This document shows, one piece after another, positions 58,653-64,000 of a stretch of DNA of 64,000 bases. Below the pieces are notes generated by a model. That model did no database searches and was not told the origin of the DNA. It was given only the letters and a program-made list of their open reading frames with translations. The position numbers and the translations under genes are program-made. The stretch covers positions 130,699-194,698 of the forward strand of contig JAUSDJ010000017.1 of assembly GCA_030650795.1 (NCBI GenBank), in the 5' to 3' direction. The stretch comes from Actinomycetota bacterium (GTDB lineage: Bacteria > Actinomycetota > Actinomycetes > S36-B12). Position 1 is the stretch's first letter. The number at the start of each line of letters is the position of its first letter.

Positions 58653-61472
58653 TTGAACCTCGTACGCAAGGATGAGGGTCGGTACACCACCGTCATTCGG
58701 CAACCCGGCGATCCCGGAATCCGACCAAGCGAAGGGTCCGAACAATTGACACCCGCACGCGACCGTGAAGCGCTCCTCTCCGGAGGACTTCCGACTCAAT
58801 ACGTCGATATAGACGCCGAGGAAACAGGCGAATGGATCGACTCATTCGACAATCTCGTCATCAATAGCGGCAACAACCGAGCTCGCTACATCATGTTGTC
58901 GCTACTTCGAAGAGCGGCCGAGCGAAATGTCGGTGTGCCGAGTCTGCGCAGCACTGACTACATCAACAGCATCCCGCCGCAGCAGGAACCGACTTTCCCC
59001 GGCGATGAGTCAATCGAGCACCGCATCCGGCAGATCATCCGCTGGAACGCCGCGATGATGGTGCACCGAGCCCAACGTCCAGGCGTGGGAGTCGGCGGGC
59101 ATATCTCTAGTTACGCTTCCAGCGCGACCCTGATCGAAGTTGGCTTCAATCACTTTTTCCGCGGACCAGACCACAGTGGCGGCGGCGACCAGGTCTTCTT
59201 CCAAGGCCATGCCTCCCCCGGTATTTACGCGCGAGCATTTCTTGAAGGTCGCCTGACGGCCACTCAGCTCGATGGCTTCCGCCAAGAGGCATCTGGCCCT
59301 GGGCTGCCGTCCTATCCGCATCCCCGGCTCATGCCCGACTTCTGGCAGTTCCCGACGGTCTCCATGGGCATCGGCCCGCTGAATGCGATCTACCAGGCGC
59401 GCTACAACAAATACCTCGCACACCGAGGCATCAAAGACACCTCCGATCAAAATGTCTGGGCCTTTCTGGGTGACGGTGAGATGGACGAAGTCGACGCAGT
59501 AGGTGCGTTGACACTGGCCGCCAGAGAAGAACTCGACAATCTGGTCTTCGTAGTCAATTGCAATCTGCAGCGCCTCGATGGTCCTGTCCGCGGCAATGGC
59601 AAGATCATTCAAGAACTCGAAAGCCTCTTCCGTGGAGCAGGCTGGAATGTGCTGAAAGTGGTTTGGGGACGCAAGTGGGATGACCTCCTTGCCGCAGACC
59701 GCGAAGGTGCCCTTGTGAATCTGATGAACAACACCGTCGATGGCGATTTTCAGACCTTCAAGGCCGAAGACGGCGCTTTCGTTCGCGAACACTTCTTTGG
59801 ACGCGATCCACGGACTGCGAAATTGGTTGAGAACTGGAGCGACGACGACATCTGGGCCTTGCGTCGCGGTGGTCACGACTATCGCAAGATGTACGCCGCA
59901 TACAACGCGGCGATGCAGGTCAAGGGTCAACCAACAGTGATCCTGGCCAAGACTGTCAAGGGCTGGTCGCTGGGTTCGCACTTCGAAGGTCGCAACTCAA
60001 CCCACCAGATGAAGAAGCTCACCTTGGAAGACCTTCTCGGCTTCCGTGATCGCATGCAGATTCCGATTCCCGACAGCGAGATGGATCCCTACCTTCCGCC
60101 GTACTACCACCCAGGCCCAGACGACGAAGCCGTGCAATATGTGCAACACGCGCGCCGCCGGCTCGGAGGGCCAGTGCCTTCCCGCAGAGTCATCAATGAG
60201 CCATTGGTACTGCCGCCGATTTCTTCGTACGAAGTTGCCAAGCGTGGCTCTGGCAATCAAGAGGTCGCCACCACCATGGCCTTCGTTCGGCTGCTCAAGG
60301 ATCTGATGAAGGATCCCAATATCGGCCATCGATTTGTTCCGATCATTCCCGATGAAGCTCGTACCTTCGGCATGGATTCGCTGTTCCCGACAGCGAAGAT
60401 CTACTCCCCGCACGGTCAGCAATACATGTCAGTCGACCGCGATCTCGTGCTCTCGTACAAGGAGTCTGAGACCGGCCAGATCTTGCATGAGGGCATCAAC
60501 GAGGCTGGGTCTACAGCTTCGTTCACTGCGGTAGGCACCTCATACGCAACCCATGGTCAGCCGATGATCCCGATCTACATCTTCTATTCCATGTTCGGTT
60601 TTCAAAGAACAGGCGATGCCTTCTGGGCGGCCATGGATCAAATGGCACGTGGCTTCGTTCTTGGAGCAACTGCGGGTCGCACGACATTGAACGGTGAGGG
60701 CTTGCAGCACCAAGATGGCCATTCGCTCTTGCTAGCAAGCACGAATCCGGGCGTTGTCGCCTACGACGCGGCATACGCGTATGAGATCGCGCATATCTTC
60801 CGCGACGGATTGCGAAGGATGTACGGCGAGAGTCCTGAGAATATCTACTACTACCTGACCCTCTATAACGAGCCGTACAGGCAACCAGTTGAACCAGAAG
60901 ACGTCGATGTCGATGGCATCCTGCGTGGCATGCATCTGTTGCGTGAGGCAGCAGGTGAGGGGCCACGTGTGCAATTGCTTGCAAGCGGAGTTGGCGTCAA
61001 CTGGGCGCTTCGCGCAAGTGATCTGCTGCGCGATGAGTGGGGCGTGCAAGCTGATGTGTGGTCGGTTACTTCCTGGAATGAACTTCGTCGCGATGGCCTG
61101 AAAGTTGATCGTCACAACCTGCTGAATCCAGAGGGCGAACTCCAGACTGCCTACGTCTCACAGCGTCTGGCCGGCCGTGAAGGTCCAGTCATCGCAGTGT
61201 CTGACTACATGCGAGCGGTGCAGGATCAGATTCGCGAATGGGTCGAGCAGCCATTTGTCTCGCTCGGCACCGACGGCTGGGGCATGTCTGACACTCGCGG
61301 TGCTTTGCGTCGACATTTCCTTGTCGATGCTGAATCGATTGTTGTGCAATCACTCAGCATGCTGAGCAAGCACCACGACTTTGATCGTGCGCGCGTGTCT
61401 GAGGCGATCGTGCGCTATCAATTGCACGATCCAAGTGCAGCCGCCGCCGGCAACACGGAAGGCTCTGGCTGA
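58653..61472 (+). CDS. aceE: pyruvate dehydrogenase E1 component (homodimeric type)
   Basis: ORF 58221..61472. Its 5' part is antisense to the DUF3052 gene. Motifs [36 protein letters not shown]. The start is provisionally TTG 58653, as there is no in-frame ATG nearby. Confidence 0.88.
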   Translation: MNLVRKDEGRYTTVIRQPGDPGIRPSEGSEQLTPARDREALLSGGLPTQYVDIDAEETGEWIDSFDNLVINSGNNRARYIMLSLLRRAAERNVGVPSLRSTDYINSIPPQQEPTFPGDESIEHRIRQIIRWNAAMMVHRAQRPGVGVGGHISSYASSATLIEVGFNHFFRGPDHSGGGDQVFFQGHASPGIYARAFLEGRLTATQLDGFRQEASGPGLPSYPHPRLMPDFWQFPTVSMGIGPLNAIYQARYNKYLAHRGIKDTSDQNVWAFLGDGEMDEVDAVGALTLAAREELDNLVFVVNCNLQRLDGPVRGNGKIIQELESLFRGAGWNVLKVVWGRKWDDLLAADREGALVNLMNNTVDGDFQTFKAEDGAFVREHFFGRDPRTAKLVENWSDDDIWALRRGGHDYRKMYAAYNAAMQVKGQPTVILAKTVKGWSLGSHFEGRNSTHQMKKLTLEDLLGFRDRMQIPIPDSEMDPYLPPYYHPGPDDEAVQYVQHARRRLGGPVPSRRVINEPLVLPPISSYEVAKRGSGNQEVATTMAFVRLLKDLMKDPNIGHRFVPIIPDEARTFGMDSLFPTAKIYSPHGQQYMSVDRDLVLSYKESETGQILHEGINEAGSTASFTAVGTSYATHGQPMIPIYIFYSMFGFQRTGDAFWAAMDQMARGFVLGATAGRTTLNGEGLQHQDGHSLLLASTNPGVVAYDAAYAYEIAHIFRDGLRRMYGESPENIYYYLTLYNEPYRQPVEPEDVDVDGILRGMHLLREAAGEGPRVQLLASGVGVNWALRASDLLRDEWGVQADVWSVTSWNELRRDGLKVDRHNLLNPEGELQTAYVSQRLAGREGPVIAVSDYMRAVQDQIREWVEQPFVSLGTDGWGMSDTRGALRRHFLVDAESIVVQSLSMLSKHHDFDRARVSEAIVRYQLHDPSAAAAGNTEGSG

Positions 61473-61473
61473 A

Positions 61474-62607
61474 ATGGCCAACGATCCCAAGCGGTTCTTG
61501 CGGTACCTCGAAGAGGAACGCAAGGCCGCTATGCTCTATCGATCCCTCGCCGCAAGTCTTGAAGGAGAGCGGCAGGAAGCTCTGTTCGAGTTGGCAGATA
61601 TTGAAGATCGGCACGCGCGCCACTGGATTGCCAAACTCACCGAGGCAGGCATTGCAGTGCCTGAATCCCCGACGACGATGCAGCCCGACGATGCAGCCCT
61701 GGTCGCGCGCGCGAACGCTCTTGGGGTCGAGGATGTACTGGCACACCTTGAGCAGGCCGAATCAGCGGCAACCTCGCTCTATGGCGATGAGCCTGAGGCT
61801 CCCGATTCCATGGTGCGGGAAGAGGCCTGGCACGTGGAGGCCTTCCAGCGGATGCGCTCTGACGAGCCAGTCCTGCCCATTCGCGGAGCGCTGCGCGCTC
61901 CTGGTCCGGACAACATGGAGCCCTGGCATCGCGGGGACAACTCCGGAAGCACGCGAGCAGCCGTGTTCGGGATCAGTGACGGACTCGTATCGAACACTGC
62001 CTTGATCATGGGTTTTGCGGGTGCCAATCCCGATAGCAAGACCATCTTGTTCGCTGGTTTCGCTGGCCTGCTTGCCGGGGCGTTCTCGATGGCAGCTGGC
62101 GAATATGTCAGTGTTGCGAGCCAGCGCGATCTGTTCCGCCGTGACATCGAGCGCGAGGCAATCGAGATCGCCACCAAACCCGAGGAAGAGCAGAAGGAGC
62201 TTGAGCTCATCTACCGGGCAAAGGGCGTCCCGCGCGACGTTGCCGAAGCCACAGCCGCCAGCATCATGCAGGATCCCAAGAAGGCTCTCGATACCTTGGC
62301 GCGTGAGGAACTTGGGCTCAATCCTGATGACCTTGGTGCTCCCATCCGAGTCGCGGTATCCAGTTTCAGCGCTTTCACCGTTGGAGCTTTTGTTCCGGTA
62401 TTGCCGTACTTGATCACCTCAGGCACGCTCGCACTTTGGTTGACGATTGTCTTGTCGACAATTGCTTTGCTGATTGTCGGTGGCATTGTCGGGCGACTAT
62501 CTGGAAGGGGTGTGGTGTTCAGTGCGTTCCGCCAGTTCTTATGGGGCGCAGGTGCGGCTGCAGTCACCTTCATCGTCGGTACTCTCATCGGCGTGAACGC
62601 CAGTTGA
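61474..62607 (+). CDS. erythrin-VIT1 (MbfA-like) ferritin-like domain + VIT1/CCC1 iron transporter
   Basis: ORF 61381..62607. Start ATG 61474 (MANDPKRFLRYLEEERKAAMLYRSLA...EDRHARHW = rubrerythrin-like), then the VIT1 membrane domain (GISDGLVSN...AGEYVSV). Confidence 0.82.
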   Translation: MANDPKRFLRYLEEERKAAMLYRSLAASLEGERQEALFELADIEDRHARHWIAKLTEAGIAVPESPTTMQPDDAALVARANALGVEDVLAHLEQAESAATSLYGDEPEAPDSMVREEAWHVEAFQRMRSDEPVLPIRGALRAPGPDNMEPWHRGDNSGSTRAAVFGISDGLVSNTALIMGFAGANPDSKTILFAGFAGLLAGAFSMAAGEYVSVASQRDLFRRDIEREAIEIATKPEEEQKELELIYRAKGVPRDVAEATAASIMQDPKKALDTLAREELGLNPDDLGAPIRVAVSSFSAFTVGAFVPVLPYLITSGTLALWLTIVLSTIALLIVGGIVGRLSGRGVVFSAFRQFLWGAGAAAVTFIVGTLIGVNAS

Positions 62608-62608
62608 C

Positions 62609-63748
62609 GTGACGGCAATCCCTCTCCCGCTCCAACTTGTGCGCTCGACCAGCGGGCTAACGACTGCAGCGACCCAGCGCATGGAAGCCGAGTTTCCTTG
62701 GTACCGCGATCTTGGCGCACAAGAACGTTCCTGGGTCGGGCTCGTTGCGCAAGCGGGCATTACGGCATTCGTGGATTGGTACGAACAACCTGAGCGGGTT
62801 GTTGAGATCACCGCAGGAGTGTTCGGATCTGCTCCGCGTGAACTGGCTCGAGTGATATCGCTGGAGCAAACAGTCTCACTCGTGCGCACCACGATCGACG
62901 TTGTCGAAGAAGCCATCGAGAACATCGCCGATGAGCAGACGCGCATCCCTTTGCGGGAGGCCGTCTTGCGGTACTCGCGTGAGATCGCCTTCTCGGCCGC
63001 AGGTGTCTATGCGCGCGCCGCAGAAGCGCGCGGAGCCTGGGATGCCAGAGTAGAAGCCCTGGTCGTGGACGCCTTTGTGCGCGGCGATCTCGACAGCACT
63101 GTCCTGAGCCGAGTGAGCGCACTTGGCTGGTCGGGGCAGGGTTCAGTGATGCTGATCGCGGGTTCTCCACCCTTAGGGGAGCCAGAAATCGCCCTCGCGA
63201 TTCTTCGTCGAGCTGCCACCAACCATGGAGTAGATCTGCTGACCGGGATTCACGGTTCAACCATGCTGGCGATCATCGGAAAAGTCAGCGCGACTTCGAG
63301 AACAGCCCGAGTGCTCACTGCCCACTTCGGTCCGGGCCCAGTTGTGACCAGCGATGAACTCGCGGGTTTAGATCAAGTGCCAGATGCCGCCCGAATCACC
63401 ATGCAGTCACTCAAACTTGCTCATGCCTGGCTGCAAGCCCCGCGCCCGGTTTCCACGCATGAACTGCTACCCGAACGCGCCTTGGCCGGAGATCTGGACG
63501 CCCAGGATGAACTGGTTGATCGGATCTACGCTGTGCTGTCCGCTGAACCAAACCTCCTGCAAACCTTGGCCTGCTTCTTGGAGGAATCCCCATCCTTGGA
63601 GGGGACCGCCCGGCAGCTGTTCATCCACCCCAATACCGTGCGATACCGCTTGCGCCGAGTCACCGAGCTCACTGGCCTATCCGCTCAGGATCCCCGCGAT
63701 GCCTACTCCCTGCGAATTGCGCTCACTTTGGGTCGCGTTCAGCAATAG
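62609..63748 (+). CDS. PucR/CdaR-family transcriptional regulator (Rv2242/FasR-like position upstream of fabD)
   Basis: C-terminal HTH LFIHPNTVRYRLRRVTELTGL. Lies directly upstream of fabD. Confidence 0.82.
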   Translation: MTAIPLPLQLVRSTSGLTTAATQRMEAEFPWYRDLGAQERSWVGLVAQAGITAFVDWYEQPERVVEITAGVFGSAPRELARVISLEQTVSLVRTTIDVVEEAIENIADEQTRIPLREAVLRYSREIAFSAAGVYARAAEARGAWDARVEALVVDAFVRGDLDSTVLSRVSALGWSGQGSVMLIAGSPPLGEPEIALAILRRAATNHGVDLLTGIHGSTMLAIIGKVSATSRTARVLTAHFGPGPVVTSDELAGLDQVPDAARITMQSLKLAHAWLQAPRPVSTHELLPERALAGDLDAQDELVDRIYAVLSAEPNLLQTLACFLEESPSLEGTARQLFIHPNTVRYRLRRVTELTGLSAQDPRDAYSLRIALTLGRVQQ

Positions 63749-63892
63749 TTGAATTCGGCAGGATTCCGGGGATTTGAGGCACCGATTACTGGTGGACATC
63801 CGCATTCTTTGTAGGAAACCTCTAAGTTATGCCCCATGACATTGGCGGCCGCAACCTCGCATCGGACACCCACTGGCCGACAGGCTTAGCAG

Positions 63893-64000
63893 GTGCTCGC
63901 AATCCTCGCTCCGGGTCAAGGAGCCCAGACTCCGGGCATGCTGAGCCCTTGGCTGGAGCTGTCAGGCGTCGCCGATCATCTGGCCCGACTCTCGGAGGCT
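63893..64000 (+). CDS. fabD: malonyl CoA-ACP transacylase, N-terminal fragment (runs off window)
   Basis: My translation from GTG 63893 gives VLAILAPGQGAQTPGMLSPWLELSGVADHL... Confidence 0.8.
   Translation, partial: MLAILAPGQGAQTPGMLSPWLELSGVADHLARLSEA

Overview
This is a gene-dense, high-GC (judged by eye, not computed) actinobacterial chromosome segment. It holds about 62 protein-coding genes, one tRNA-Val(UAC), the RNase P RNA, one cobalamin riboswitch and a few stem-loop terminators. I saw no transposase, integrase, phage, CRISPR or toxin-antitoxin signatures. The backbone is the conserved respiration / lipoate / nitrogen block. From memory, its order matches M. tuberculosis Rv2200c-Rv2243: ctaC, adoK, HesB-like, cobT-cobS, gcvT, pepA/B, sucB(dlaT), lipB-lipA, glnA, glnE, glnA2, panB, RNaseH-CobC, Zn-ribbon, Nif3, ahpE, aceE, PucR regulator, fabD. 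Here ctaC-ctaD are adjacent. Four stretches depart from that backbone. (1) 9.8-18.6 kb is one B12-riboswitch-fronted, translationally coupled 8-gene operon. It encodes two exported proteins that together resemble a split transcobalamin (an alpha/alpha-toroid protein plus a small anchored protein), an ECF T-A/A-S transporter, an unusual PhnP-like MBL::CobU fusion, and cobT-cobS. (2) 52.9-57.6 kb, next to tRNA-Val, is a wecB / BcsB-like / short processive GT2 (QxxRW, no PilZ) synthase-type exopolysaccharide operon. (3) 2.5-4.0 kb encodes a NifS/IscS-like protein with no lysine at all, and therefore no PLP lysine, coupled to a TusA-like CPxP protein. (4) 42.1-42.5 kb encodes a stand-alone Lys/Ala-rich tandem-repeat histone-like protein. 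All calls come from reading motifs in the sequence and the supplied translations. No database or covariance-model search could be run, so family names are best-recollection assignments and start codons are approximate where noted.
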